The notes under the pieces: model-generated
Told to the model about the DNA's origin: nothing
The model's input: the letters and a program-made list of their open reading frames with translations, nothing else
Databases searched by the model: none
Assembly (NCBI GenBank): GCA_964016885.1
Contig: OZ024740.1
Location: 169,012,001 to 169,076,000 of the forward strand
Reading direction: 5' to 3'
From: Eledone cirrhosa
Taxonomy: Eukaryota
DNA length: 64,000 nucleotides
Translations under genes and position numbers: made by a program
Part shown: piece by piece, positions 12,937 through 24,595 of the stretch
Layout: every line of letters begins with the position of its first letter
Position numbering within the stretch: position 1 is the first letter of the stretch

Positions 12937-15249
12937 TTATAGCCCTAGTCTACCCCCCGGGTCATTATGGGGTTTGAGGGCGAGGTAAGTCCTACGCAAT
13001 CTATGTTTACATGCAGTAACCAGTTCAACTTTCTTGTTTAGGAGTTGGTCCGTCGAAAACAGTATTTGTAAAGTTTCCTCCGAGCATAAATTGCACGGAC
13101 GGCGTCCTCCCGTGTAAGAATTAGCTCTGGACAGTAATCTCCAAGTGAGATCATAGGTGATGTTGTTGTCCTTGAGGTCCCATATGTGGCCCGAAAGTGT
13201 AGTGGCGTGACGCCGGGCCGGGTTTCGGAAGGTATGTCTATGTTGGTATAGCCGGGTCTTGAAGTCACATGCGGTAAGTCCTATATAGGCTTTGTTGGAG
13301 GTATCCGTCCTCACGTTGCACTGGTAGATCACATTACGGTCTCTGCATCTATTGTCGAGTGGGCAAATAGATCTAGCCGGACAGTTACACCTCCTGGTCG
13401 GTTCTCTACTGCTATTTAGGTTATTTCTGCCATCGGGGTTGAGTTTTTTGTTGTTAGAGGAGACGATGTTTTGTGCGAAGTTTGGTGTAGTGCTGTAAGA
13501 GAGTTTGATGGTATTTTTGTTAATTATGTTGTGGTAGCGGTGTTGTAATGGGAAGTGTTTTTCAATGAGCCTAAAGAATAGTTTCCCGATGGGAGTTGTC
13601 ACCTCTGCGTTGTGGGGAGGATTGAACCATGTTACATTGCGTGAGCGGCGGTGTCTCCTGCTGGTTCCGCTAATGGGAGCTGGACAGTAGGATATTTCCT
13701 CCCGGAAACCACTCCGCTTGAGGGCCTGGTTGTAATAAGGCGCATGTTCATCGAATATCCGCTCATTAGCTGACAAACGGGATATGCGGAGGGAGATGTT
13801 TTTGACCAGGTTGTTTGTGATGTTCCTAGGATGGTTTGATCGGCGGTGGATGTAGTGCAGATTGTCATTAGGTTTCCTGTATGGGTAGTACAGGTCGTTT
13901 TCGAGGTCGAGGGTCACGTCCAGGAAGTTTACTCGGGTCAGGGACGTTTGTAGGGTTATTTTAAATCCCCAGTCGCGGAAGAATCTGATTAATTGTTTCC
14001 GGACCCGATCTGTACTACTGGGGTTGTACCCTTTAAGGGTAAGGAGCCCATCATCACGGTACAATCCACCACCGAATGCAGGAAACATATCAGTGAGTTT
14101 GGCTATTAGGAATAATCCTATAAGATTTGTGACCTCCGCCGAATCCGTGGCGCCCATGCTGACGTCGAAGGGTGAGTCGGGAGCTCTTTTTATCCATTTA
14201 GAGTCGTCAAAGAGTAAGACTGTCTTCCTGGCGTGGAGGATGATTTTTCTTTCCTGGTCGGTGATGGGCACAAGTGTTTCGGCGAAGTCCAAGGCGGCAG
14301 TAAGTAGCGGTAAGGTGATTGAAGCATAGTAGCTCTCTATGTCGAACTGTATGAATTTAGTGTCTCGTTTATCCTCCATATTGCTGAACCATGAGATTAC
14401 TTCCTGGGTGTTGATCCATAGGCTAAGTCGGGCGTGTTGCTTGACTTTTAGTATCACGCGGTCTAGGATTTTTTTGCTGATTCTCCCTATGTCGGGCTTC
14501 GTTGGGTTAATAAGCCTGATAGAGGGTTTACGGTCAAAATCGGATTTATGGTCCTTCAGTGTGAAGTATGGTATCCGTGGGTCTAGAGGTTCCGTGCGGT
14601 CGGCGACCCCGAGGCTGGAGGTAATTTGTTGTCCATCTCGATTTATGTCCTCGATGCAAGAGTGGTTGGCCTTTTTATAGGTGGAGTTTAGGCTGCTCCT
14701 GATCAGTGTGTGGTATCTGTCAGGGTTGACAAAGTATAGGTTCCCAGTTTTATCCGAATGCACCATGATGTCATTTGTGTTATCATACTCTGTTAACTTG
14801 CTACGGAGTTTTTGTAGGAATCGGTTGTGTCTGGGTTTAAATTTAATGTTCTTGACCAGTTGGAAGAGGTCATTCTCGAAGGGTGAGAGCAAGGGGTTCG
14901 GGGGCGGAGATTTGTAGGTAATAAATCCGAATCTCTCCTTGGTGCCGAAGTCTTGGTTGTCGCAATATCTGTCATAGAAAAAAGTTCTCCATCTAAGTCT
15001 TTTCGCAAATAGATCGATTTTTTGCGTGAGCATCCGAAGGTAAAGTTTTTTCGGTGGGATTGGGATGTTCTTGGTAGAGAAGTCAATGTTGTGTTTTCGC
15101 ATGGTGCGGGTGAAATGAATTGAGCTTAGCGGAAAAGTCTGGATACGGCGTGGTAGGGTCGGAAAGTGCTCTACTACGGGAGTAGGAGCTAGATAACGAA
15201 GGAAATGTGGTAAGGAACCAGGTGGACCATAACGCACCAAAGTACTCAA
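12937..15249 (-). CDS. Penelope-like RT plus GIY-YIG endonuclease (first ATG at 15102, 721 aa)
   Basis: KNIPIP N-terminus, DKTGN, FDIESYY, MGATDSAE, YRDDGL, FLDVTL, SNHP; linker CNCPARSICPL; VIY..YIG, FKTRL..H, CNLC.EE, LLN, CKH. Confidence 0.93.
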   Translation of the reverse strand: MSTLVRYGPPGSLPHFLRYLAPTPVVEHFPTLPRRIQTFPLSSIHFTRTMRKHNIDFSTKNIPIPPKKLYLRMLTQKIDLFAKRLRWRTFFYDRYCDNQDFGTKERFGFITYKSPPPNPLLSPFENDLFQLVKNIKFKPRHNRFLQKLRSKLTEYDNTNDIMVHSDKTGNLYFVNPDRYHTLIRSSLNSTYKKANHSCIEDINRDGQQITSSLGVADRTEPLDPRIPYFTLKDHKSDFDRKPSIRLINPTKPDIGRISKKILDRVILKVKQHARLSLWINTQEVISWFSNMEDKRDTKFIQFDIESYYASITLPLLTAALDFAETLVPITDQERKIILHARKTVLLFDDSKWIKRAPDSPFDVSMGATDSAEVTNLIGLFLIAKLTDMFPAFGGGLYRDDGLLTLKGYNPSSTDRVRKQLIRFFRDWGFKITLQTSLTRVNFLDVTLDLENDLYYPYRKPNDNLHYIHRRSNHPRNITNNLVKNISLRISRLSANERIFDEHAPYYNQALKRSGFREEISYCPAPISGTSRRHRRSRNVTWFNPPHNAEVTTPIGKLFFRLIEKHFPLQHRYHNIINKNTIKLSYSTTPNFAQNIVSSNNKKLNPDGRNNLNSSREPTRRCNCPARSICPLDNRCRDRNVIYQCNVRTDTSNKAYIGLTACDFKTRLYQHRHTFRNPARRHATTLSGHIWDLKDNNITYDLTWRLLSRANSYTGGRRPCNLCSEETLQILFSTDQLLNKKVELVTACKHRLRRTYLALKPHNDPGGRLGL

Positions 15250-15272
15250 TACTTGGGGTAGTAGAGTGGGTA

Positions 15273-15375
15273 ATAGGAACCAGTAAGACCCCGACAGCTG
15301 AGCTCAAGCCGTTTCGACGGCTAATTCTGGACTAAATGAAAATTTATCCTGGTATTTAAATAGCCGATCTTCTCA
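15273..15375 (-). repeat. 5' pseudo-LTR (partial tandem copy of the 3' end)
   Basis: Identical by eye to 11731-11833. Confidence 0.92.
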
Positions 15376-16039
15376 TATATATATATAGAAAGGATGAATA
15401 TAAAATGAAAGTGCTTTTTTTAAAAAAGGAATTTATTAGGTATTGACATATGTTTCTGTAACAGACTGAATACCTATGTATCGCTGCTTGCGTAATCATA
15501 TAATGTTAGCAAGTATTCGATAGCAAATGTATAATCAGTTGTCACTTCTTCAGAGATTTTGGATAAATTGGATAAAATCAGAAAAATTGAAGTATTTATA
15601 TTAGTAATAGAGGAAGAAACAGAGGGGATAGTATATGACAGATGGTAAATTAATTTACTGCTAAACAAGTATATAATGGGTTTCGAATGAAAATACCATG
15701 AGTAAATCTAAATAAGAATTTTGGGAGTGCCAATTTTAATCTCTACTCGACCAACTGGACAGTGGACAGGGCTGGTCATTTGGTGCAGTAGTATTAATTA
15801 TAAAGTGTCAATTGGGGAAGGGGGAGATTTCGATTGCTACTAAATAACATCAATGCTAGTAGCCAGCTGGTATATGCATTAGGGAATTGAATCAAGAAAT
15901 CAGAAATCTCATTTTATCTATAGCAGTTTGTATTAAAAGGTAAATAATAGAAGAGTTGATAGAATTAAGACTAATAAAGAATGTTAATATCTATTTTGAC
16001 AATCAAACGGGGATAAAGACAGGCGTTCAATCCTGGTAG

Positions 16040-16092
<53 letters not shown>

Positions 16093-16096
<4 letters not shown>

Positions 16097-16527
16097 TTAA
16101 AGTATATGATAAACACGAAATGTGTTTACATTGCAACAAACAAAGTTAGCTATTAATGAAATAAACTAATAAAAGTGAATACAATTTGTCTGTCTCGATA
16201 CAAGTCAATAAAGACAAGCTTATATTGGATTTGGATATTTCACTCTTTTATTTCTATTCCATTTCGATTCTCTTTATTTTTCAATTCACATTCCACCATT
16301 GCGAAACTTATTTGGGTTTCGAGGTTCAAATTCGTCTACAGAACAGGTTTGAATTTTGAAATTTAAATATGTCCAGGAATCATGGCAGTTGCCAATATAA
16401 GCTTGTCTTTATTGACTTGTATCGAGACAGACAAATTGTATTCACTTTTATTAGTTTATTTCATTAATAGCTAACTTTGTCTGTTGCAATGTAAACACAT
16501 TTCGTGTTTATCATATACTTTAAATGT
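16093..16527. repeat. 136-bp inverted repeat (16093-16228 / 16392-16527), insert between (TA)n tracts
   Basis: Arms are reverse complements with one mismatch seen. Confidence 0.92.
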
Positions 16528-16601
16528 ATTTAACTGCTCGGAAGAGCCCCTTCCTGGAGCTTAATTATTGTAAACGACTGAGAGTTTATTCTCAAAATAT
16601 A

Positions 16602-16692
<91 letters not shown>

Positions 16693-16696
<4 letters not shown>

Positions 16697-17148
16697 TAAA
16701 ATAACAGATTAAAGTTTAAGCAAAGAATCGCTGCTTTCACCCTTAACGGGATCTTCTGAAACTAACAAAGTCAATCTGTAAACGCAGAAGTGGATATTTC
16801 AAAAAACGTTGCAACCGGAGGAAGACAGGAAGACGATACTTTGGTTCGTGGAAACTTCACTGGCAAAGAACGGGAAAAAACGAATATAATACGTCATTAA
16901 TAGGAGCAGTGAAAAACAATTACGCGCAAAGACAGAACCACGTTTATGGTATAAAAGAGGTCGTAGACTAATGTTCTCTTAGGTGGTTCATAGAGACGTT
17001 CTCTGGCAATGAACGAAAAAAACGAAGATAATAAGTCATATGTGGAGCGTGGAGAACAATAGAACGCAAAGACAAAACCACGTAAATGGTATAGCAGAAG
17101 TCGTAGACTAAAATTCTAACTAGGAGACCGAATGAATCTCCGCTATAA
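16693..17148 (-). mobile_element. Non-coding repeat with internal ~140-bp diverged tandem duplication and a 3' variant hammerhead
   Basis: Homologous to 33100-33305 (+) and 21570-21633; flanked by (TA)n. Confidence 0.7.
16705..16778 (-). ncRNA. Variant type I hammerhead ribozyme motif (core CAGAAGA...GAAA, CUU)
   Basis: Stem I AGUUU/AAACU plus distal CAGAUUGA/UUAAUCUG; stem II CCC/GGG; stem III AGCA/UGCU. Confidence 0.55.
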
Positions 17149-17167
17149 AAATATATATATATATATA

Positions 17168-17548
17168 TGGGAGGTCGGGTACTCTGTATTACTGCGTGAC
17201 GCCAGAGGTCACGGTCGTGTGTCATCGCTTTGAGAGGTGTAATTAGGTAAGGTCGGCTTTTATCACCTCATCCCAGGTCATTTTGGGTCTCTCCACTCCG
17301 CGGTTTCCATCGACTTCTAGTGCTCTGCACCTTTTTATGCAGCTGTCATCCTTCATACGCATCACATGTCCATACCAGCGCAACCGCCTCTCCTGCACAC
17401 AGCATTTGATTCCTCTTATGCCCAGTCTCTCTCTCAATTCATTTATGCTTTGTCGTTCGCGTATATTACTGTTACACATCCATCGGAGCATGCAGGGTTC
17501 GTTTCTCTCTAATCTACATAAGTCTTCCACCTTCAGCGCCCAGGTCTA
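17168..17548 (-). mobile_element. RTE LINE fragment, family B
   Basis: Matches 46402-46785; [10 protein letters not shown]. Confidence 0.9.
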
Positions 17549-17640
17549 ACTGGCCAATAAATTAGGAGCCAGCCTCCTAATTTAATGGTCGCTTATATTT
17601 ATGGTACGTCAAAATTATTTATAAAACTATTTATATATTG

Positions 17641-17706
17641 TATTTTATCTGACGAAGGCATGCCATATTTTTAATATGGTATCCCTGAAATATGTATAAT
17701 GAAATA
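17641..17706 (+). ncRNA. Type I minimal hammerhead ribozyme
   Basis: UAUUUUAU-CUGACGA-stem II-GAAA-UAUGU-AUA-AUGAAAUA; 8-bp stem I, 12-bp stem II. Confidence 0.75.
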
Positions 17707-17834
17707 AATATGGTTTTATAAATATAGTTTCTATTTGCTTAATATCGTATATCTACTCCAAAAACTTGTCGAGTGCTTTATATCGGTTATAAAATATTTA
17801 CTTGTTGTAACCCAACAATTTTAAATAAAACTTT

Positions 17835-17885
<51 letters not shown>

Positions 17886-18034
17886 GTAGAACACATATAC
17901 ATATATATATAAATATACATATATATATATATAAATACATGAGTAGGGTTCAATCAGTGGTAACCACAGTTAGTAAGGTACTTGATAGGCTTTCCTGATG
18001 ATTTCTTTTGAATGAAACAGTTATAGTCCTGTTA

Positions 18035-19104
18035 TCTGTATATATATAAAATTAAGTATGTGTGTGTATTACCTATAGGGGCCTACATCTTACGACCGAT
18101 TTTCATGAAACTTTACAGGCTGATAGATTAGTCATCGGGGAGCGTTTTTTTATATATTAGCGAATCGTTTTTTTTTTTATTCCGGGGTCATTCTGCAGAT
18201 AAAAATCGATAGGCGGGGTCACCTTTTTTTAGGTATCGAAAAATAAGATTTTTGGCTCTAGCTCCCACAATTTGCCACCGATTTCGTTCAAATTTTAAAG
18301 CAAAATACATCCTGTAATGGCTTTATAATTTGCATTTGTTGTTCAGGGACGGCCGCTTAAATATTCGAAAATACCACCTTTTCGGCTCTAGCTCCCACAT
18401 TTTTCAACCGATTTCGTTCAAATTTGAAACTTCGGCTCCACCTCACACATAAATCATTTTATTTGGTTCAATTTTTATACTACGATAGAACCTATCATTA
18501 GCTCCCGCATTTTTCAACCGATTTCGTTCAAATTCGAAACTTCGGCTCCACCTCACACATAAATCAATTTATTTGGTTCAACTTTTATACTACGATAGAA
18601 CCTATCATTGCACATCTTATAATAGCTTTACACTTTGCATTTTTTGTTCAGGGACGGTGACCTATCATTAGCTCCCACATTTTTCAACCGATTTCGTTCA
18701 AATTCGAAACTTCGGCTCCACCTCACACATAAATCAATTTATTTGGTTCAACTTTTATACTACGATAGAACCTATCATTGCACATCTTATAGATGGTCAA
18801 AGGCAAAACGATGGCCACTGACGTCGTCTGAGCTTTTAGTTGTGTATTTGAGAATTCATCGGTTTCCAATCAAGTAGCGTGAGGAAGTTTGGCTTAGTGT
18901 TAGAGGTCATTACCTCCCTCCCCCCAGCATACCCCTTCGTCAGTCACCCGCGTTTCTCAGTGATAGAGGTCATCACCACCCTCCCCCCCATGGCCGCTGT
19001 GTGGCCATAGATGAGTCATCGAGAAGCAGTCGCTAAGATCAACACCTTTTCATCAAAGCAGATATTATTTTACCTACCCAGGCAACGCTGGGTACTGCTG
19101 CTAG
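18035..19104 (+). mobile_element. Non-autonomous Helitron with internal ~110-bp tandem repeats
   Basis: 5' TC after A; 3' hairpin ACCCAGGCAACGCTGGGT, then CTAG followed by T; repeats at about 18389, 18499 and 18668. Confidence 0.8.
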
Positions 19105-19116
19105 TATATATATATA

Positions 19117-19565
19117 TGAGGTTTGCCCAAAGAAAGTATACTGGTGTTTTATTTAAATGTATATTAGGTGTACATGAGTTTACCAGCAATCGCCTTCAAA
19201 ATACGACTATTGGAAAGTCACACAGTGGCTTCAACGTTTTTTCCATTGATTATATAGGAAGTCATTTTCTGTAAGTGTTCTTAGCTTATCGGTTACACAT
19301 TTTTGTATGTTTTCCACAGTCACGAAATGCTGACACTTTAACTTCAAGAGAAGAGAGAGAAATCACACTAAGCTAGATTTGGGCTGCAGGGAGGATATGG
19401 AGGCATAGGAATGTTTTTCCTTCTCCAGAAATTCTCGATCATGTTAAAACAAGTAAATACATGCAGCCAAGTTAATAACCAACATGCCTATATATATCAA
19501 TGAGGTGCTTTGATACAATGTTGTACATAGGAAAATCAGTACCTTTACTTTTGGGACAAACCTTG
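19117..19565. mobile_element. Mariner-derived non-autonomous element
   Basis: Imperfect TIRs TGAGGTTTGCCCAAAGAAAGTA / TACTTTTGGGACAAACCTTG, TA on both sides. Confidence 0.6.
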
Positions 19566-19879
19566 TATATATATATATATATATATGAATAAAGTGCTCC
19601 TTCATCAGTGATCTTCCAACCATCATCGGTATTTCTTCGCTTTAAAGACCATATACCTCCGGTTGGTGCGAGCAACGGCTAAAGAAAGTCGTTGGGACAT
19701 GTAAATAAAGGGAACAGCGAGAGTGTAAACAAACAAAGATGGTGAAGCAACGAAAAGTGAGGAAGAACGAGTCAAGTCCCAAATTTCCATGAACATAAGT
19801 TCGGTGAAATCGTGAACGAGAGAGAATAAAGACCATCAAACCTGGGTCTAGCTACTCCATAACTTCCATCAATTTGGAT

Positions 19880-20365
19880 CGCCCTGCACTTTTTTATATA
19901 GCTGTCGTCTTTCATGCACACCACATGACCCTACCAACGTAATATTCTCTCAAGTAAACAGCATCAGATCCCTCTTATTCCTAATTTCTCACTTAGTTCG
20001 TTTATGTTTTGCCATTCGCGTATATTACTATTACACATCCAATGGAGTATGCATGCTTCGTTCCTTTCCAGTCTGTGCAGGTCCTCTGCACACAATGCCC
20101 ATGTCTCACTGCCATGCAACATTGCTGTTCGGATAAAAGCATCATACAATCTGCCTTTCATTTGAGGCCAACAGTGGTATAAGCTCTCTGAACTTTTTCC
20201 ATCCCGTTCTAACTCTGGCTACTGTACTTTCAGAGCACCCTCCACCACTACTGATTTTGTCACCCAGGTAATGGAAAGTGTCCACTATTTCTATGGAACC
20301 ATCTGGTCAGTAAAAGGGACTAGTATCCTGTGGGCACTTACTACTTATTGCACCTGAACATCAGC
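19880..20365 (-). mobile_element. Degraded RTE family A fragment
   Basis: [21 protein letters not shown]. Confidence 0.85.
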
Positions 20366-20367
20366 CT

Positions 20368-20613
20368 TGTGATGCGCATGGAGGAGGACCGCTGGGTGAA
20401 GAAGTGCCAAGAAGTCCCAGTGGAGGGAAGACGCAGTAGAGGTAGACCATGAAAACATGGGCGGAGGTGGTGAGAGCAGACCTCAGATTGCTGAAACTCA
20501 CCAAGGAGATGACGAAGGACTGTGATAAGTGGAGAGATGCTGTGCTAAATAAGACCCGTCCAACCCTTGCAAGCAGGGAAAAGCGGACGTAAAATGATGA
20601 TGAGGATGATGAT
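20368..20613 (+). mobile_element. 3' end of a third RTE family (C) with short 3' UTR and (GAT)n tail
   Basis: VMRMEED..RGRP.KTW-like coding remnant; CCCTTGCAAGCAGGGAAAAGCGGACGTAAAA(TGA)n. Confidence 0.8.
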
Positions 20614-20671
20614 ATATAAATATATATATAAATATTTATATAAATATTTATATAAATATATATAAATATAT

Positions 20672-21024
20672 ATACATTATGAAGAGAGAAGAAACATTTA
20701 GATATAATGAGTAATAAAATGTATCATACCTAAACTGCTCCTAGATTCCTCGACTACGTAGTTTCGTGGCATAAACAAAAACAATACATCATAAAGATAT
20801 AGAGTCCTTGCGAGGTCTGCCGACTTATCAAGAGGATACCTCATTTTACTAGTCTCAAGAACGCGTCTACACGACGTGAGAAAGAATCCCAAAAGGCGGA
20901 GGGGGAGATAGTCACGCGATATAACGGTCGAGAAACAGAGCTAAGCCTCTTATAACCCCGAATTAGGTATGATACATTTTATTACTAATTATATCTAAAT
21001 GTTTCTTCTCTCTTCATAATGTAT
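20672..21024. repeat. 62-bp inverted repeat (20672-20733 / 20963-21024)
   Basis: Reverse-complement arms, one mismatch. Confidence 0.9.
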
Positions 21025-21211
21025 TTTTAACTCTGATACTGGTTCAGTCTAGTTCAACCGGATTGGTCTGTCCCGGTCATTCATTGAGCAACATCGGTGA
21101 AGTTGGCACCCTTAACTCACGGTTGGGTGTGGATGCATTCATGTATATGTGTGTGTCCGCATGTATCTGTGTGTTTCTAAATATATTATAAATAAATATA
21201 TATATATATAT

Positions 21212-21557
21212 GGAGGCACATGGCTTAGTGGTTAGAGCATTGGGCTTGCAATCGAAAGGTTGTGAGTTCAATTCTCAGACTGGGTGATGTGTTGTTTCCT
21301 TGAGCAAGACACTTTATTTCACATTGCTCCAGTTTACTCAGCTGTAGAAATGAGATGATAGGGACTGGGGTCCCTATCATTCCACTGCAAAGTGGTCGTG
21401 GAGGTGCCACGGCAAAAAAGCACCCAGCACTCACTGTAAATGAGGTTGGTGTTAGGAAGGGCATCCAGCTGTAGAAATCAAGCCAGAATCAGTTCCCGTC
21501 CTACCCTTGCAAGCAGGGAAAAGCGGACGTAAAATGAAATGATGAAAATGATGATGA
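21212..21557 (+). mobile_element. Full-length tRNA-derived SINE, CORE-like middle, RTE-derived 3' tail
   Basis: A box TGGCTTAGTGG, B box GAGTTCAATTC, CCTTGAGCAAGACACTT...CAGCTGT core-like segment, tail shared with RTE 3' UTRs. Confidence 0.88.
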
Positions 21558-21988
21558 TATAAATATATATTAAAATAGCAGTTTAAGCAAAGAAGTTTAA
21601 GCACAGAATCGCTGCTTTCACCCTTAACGGGATATTTTAATAAACATTTGCTCTATGGTTTTATATATATTTTTTATATATATATATTATCCTTATCAAG
21701 CTCTCTTCGGATTTTAGTCTTCACATTTATTATTATTACTATTATTACTATATATATATATATATGAAAATATAGAAATTATTGTGAGCAAAATGGAAAA
21801 TAATTAACGTAAGATATGGGAAAAATAATTCAAACTCAATTAAAAAATAATCAAGACAGAGATTTTATCCACAGATTTTGTGAAATCCAGGAAAAAAACC
21901 AATAGAGTCTTAACTCGGAATAAAATAAAGCTTAAATACTCATCCTTCAATTTGGAAAAACTACAAATGCTCTATATAGTCTTAAAAA

Positions 21989-22097
<109 letters not shown>

Positions 22098-22445
22098 GAG
22101 AAAGAGAGAGTGATGATGAGAGATAGGGGAAGAACCAACCCCAATACTTTATTTGTCAACCTGCAGCAAGCCAGAGCAAATTGCAAGGTATTTTTTTATT
22201 TGCTGCCTAGGTAAATAGATATATACATTAAATACATCTTCTCTGGATAGAAGCTAATGTTTCTGGTATGTGAAGCTTGCTTTCTTGAGAGGACAGAAAA
22301 ATACTGCTTATATACAAAACTGATGAAGTACAGATATCAACACTGGAATATGATGAAAATATTAAGAGTTTTGTTATGATTCTTTTACTTTTAAAAAACT
22401 TTACAAAATTGCTTCAATAACTAATTCAAAATTAGTTTACAGAAA

Positions 22446-22605
22446 TGGCCAGCAATTACTCAGTACATTACTGGTACTTTGTTTTATCGACCCCATGAGG
22501 ATGAAAGGCAAAGTTAACCTTGGCGAGATTTGAACTCAGTCCATAAAGGTACGTAACTCTATGCTGGAAAGCATGGCGTCCGACCCCTTACTGCAAATCC
22601 ACCAA
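22446..22605 (-). mobile_element. tRNA-derived SINE family 2 (Meta-like domain)
   Basis: Reverse complement of 57271-57458. Confidence 0.8.
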
Positions 22606-22754
22606 TAATGATGTCTAATTTGGGCACAAGACCATGTGTATGGAGGTAGGATGGGAAAGTCAACTAAATTGACCCATTACTGTGAACCTCAAAAAGTGGC
22701 AAACACTACGCTTGTAGGAAACCTAACAAGGAAATGGTAGATATATATATATAT

Positions 22755-22912
22755 AGGAACTCCAACCACCCACCTCGATAGTTAGGAATGGGATTAGCAG
22801 AATAATCTTTCACTTATTGACCAACGAACAGATCTCTGACAGGGATGCACCCCATTACAATGAGGCATTAGCTAGAAGTGGCTTCACAGAAAAATACTAT
22901 ACATGAAGGACA
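22755..22912 (+). mobile_element. Internal fragment of a related Penelope-like element
   Basis: Translates NSNHPP..APHYNEALARSGF, matching SNHPR..APYYNQALKRSGF of the 12937-15249 ORF. Confidence 0.75.
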
Positions 22913-24595
22913 CTCCACCCATACATCGTTATCTACATTATAATTAACACAGCTAAGACAATGCTTGTACAAAATCAGCTGAAATGATCAAAGTTTGGTA
23001 TGTTTTATCAGTTCATGACATCAACATAATTGTTGGAAGTTGCTCTCTCTCTATGTAGATAATCAGGTATATGATAGGCTGGATTAAGTCTTGATAGTAC
23101 TGTTAAGATAAGCACCTATATTGTTGTCTATTTTCTTCTTTTTTTTAAAAATATATTTTATTTTATTAGACTTCTTGGGTTGATTAATATCTAACACCCC
23201 TCTTCACTTACATACATTAATAAACACACCCACAAAATGTTTGCCTAGTGTTCAAAACAATAACAGTTATTTTTATCAACAAAAGTAGAACAATAACAAT
23301 TTATTGAAATGAAATTAAGAAAGAGACAAATACATTATTAAATGGAAAATAATAATAAGTAAAAAATTACTTCATTTAAGCAAAATATGATTAATTAATT
23401 TGATGCCCTAATTTTCTTAATTTGAAAAAATGATAAGTCAGAACCAGATTCTGAAACAAAAATAAACAAAAAATACATAGTACTAAGCTTGACCTTTTTA
23501 TGCATTTAAGGTCATTGCAACCTTTCTAAATAAACTTATTTCTTGGCTTGCTATTTTCAAGAGGCATCTTCCTCTTTTTATATAAACAAAATGATAAACT
23601 CTCCTTCTCATTCATCTTTCCCATCTTGATATTACTAACAGAAATTCTCAACAAATATGTTACTTTGTCTCAAAGTCTCTTTTGCACATCTTTTAAAATG
23701 CTGTCATTACTACTCTCTGAACTTATCGAACCACTAAAAGTTGTATGACTATCTCCCATCCTCTATTGCATATATCTGTTTCAATCCACTTCTAAACAAC
23801 ATTAATGACTTAATGCATACAACTTTTGGTTCTTACACTCTTTCCTTAAAACTCTAGAGCCTGAATTCTTTGTTATTTTCATCATCATCAACAACAGTAA
23901 CAGCAGTCAGTTTATAAATGTTCTATCTACTATAGACTCAAATCTATTAGTCAATGCTGTTATTACTGTTGTAGATGCTGTATCTAAACGTTTATTTTCA
24001 ATATGTAGGGTTGTAGGGTGTCTTGGGCATGTTATACCTGATGGAACCCATATCCTTTCTAGGTTTGCACACAGTTAATTTCTTCCAGAGAGGGAAAGAG
24101 AATGATAGAAAAGAAGTGAGGCAGAGATACAGAGGAAAAATTGATGTCAATACTTGATTGGTACTTTTTTTATCAAACTCAAAATAATTAAAGGAAAAGT
24201 TAAACATGGCAAATTTTGAACTCAGAGTACAGAAAGCTGGAACAAATACTACAAAGAATTCAATCCTATGGTCCAACCACCTTCTCCACTTATAAAACCA
24301 TAAGATTTTCTGCTTGTTTTTACTCCAGTTTCACACAACCAACATACTAGAAACATTTTTTCAAACTCTTTTTTTTCACTCTACCTATCTTCCCATTTCA
24401 TGCACATGGTCTCCAATTGTACAAGCTTCTCTGATAGCAAACCAATGAGGGAGCTGCTAAATAGTTGTTTGACCTCCTTGGTGGGATTGGAACTCAGAAT
24501 GTAAAGAGCTGGAAGAAATACTGAAAAGTATTTTGTTTGATGCTCTGATGCTTCTGTCAGTCCATTTATAAAGAGTAGCCATAGCAGAGGGAGAT

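Noticed and set aside
16535-16600. CGGAAGA followed by a stem in the tail of the inverted-repeat insert
   Set aside because: No GAAA after the stem
19585-19612. CUGAUGAAGG on the minus strand (similar case at 32495-32510)
   Set aside because: No downstream GAAA or stem III before the TA tract; possibly truncated, cannot be supported
21212-21290. tRNA gene
   Set aside because: tRNA-like head of a multi-copy SINE; no complete cloverleaf
23400-23900. Possible host exon on the minus strand
   Set aside because: Stops in the frames inspected and no recognisable domain
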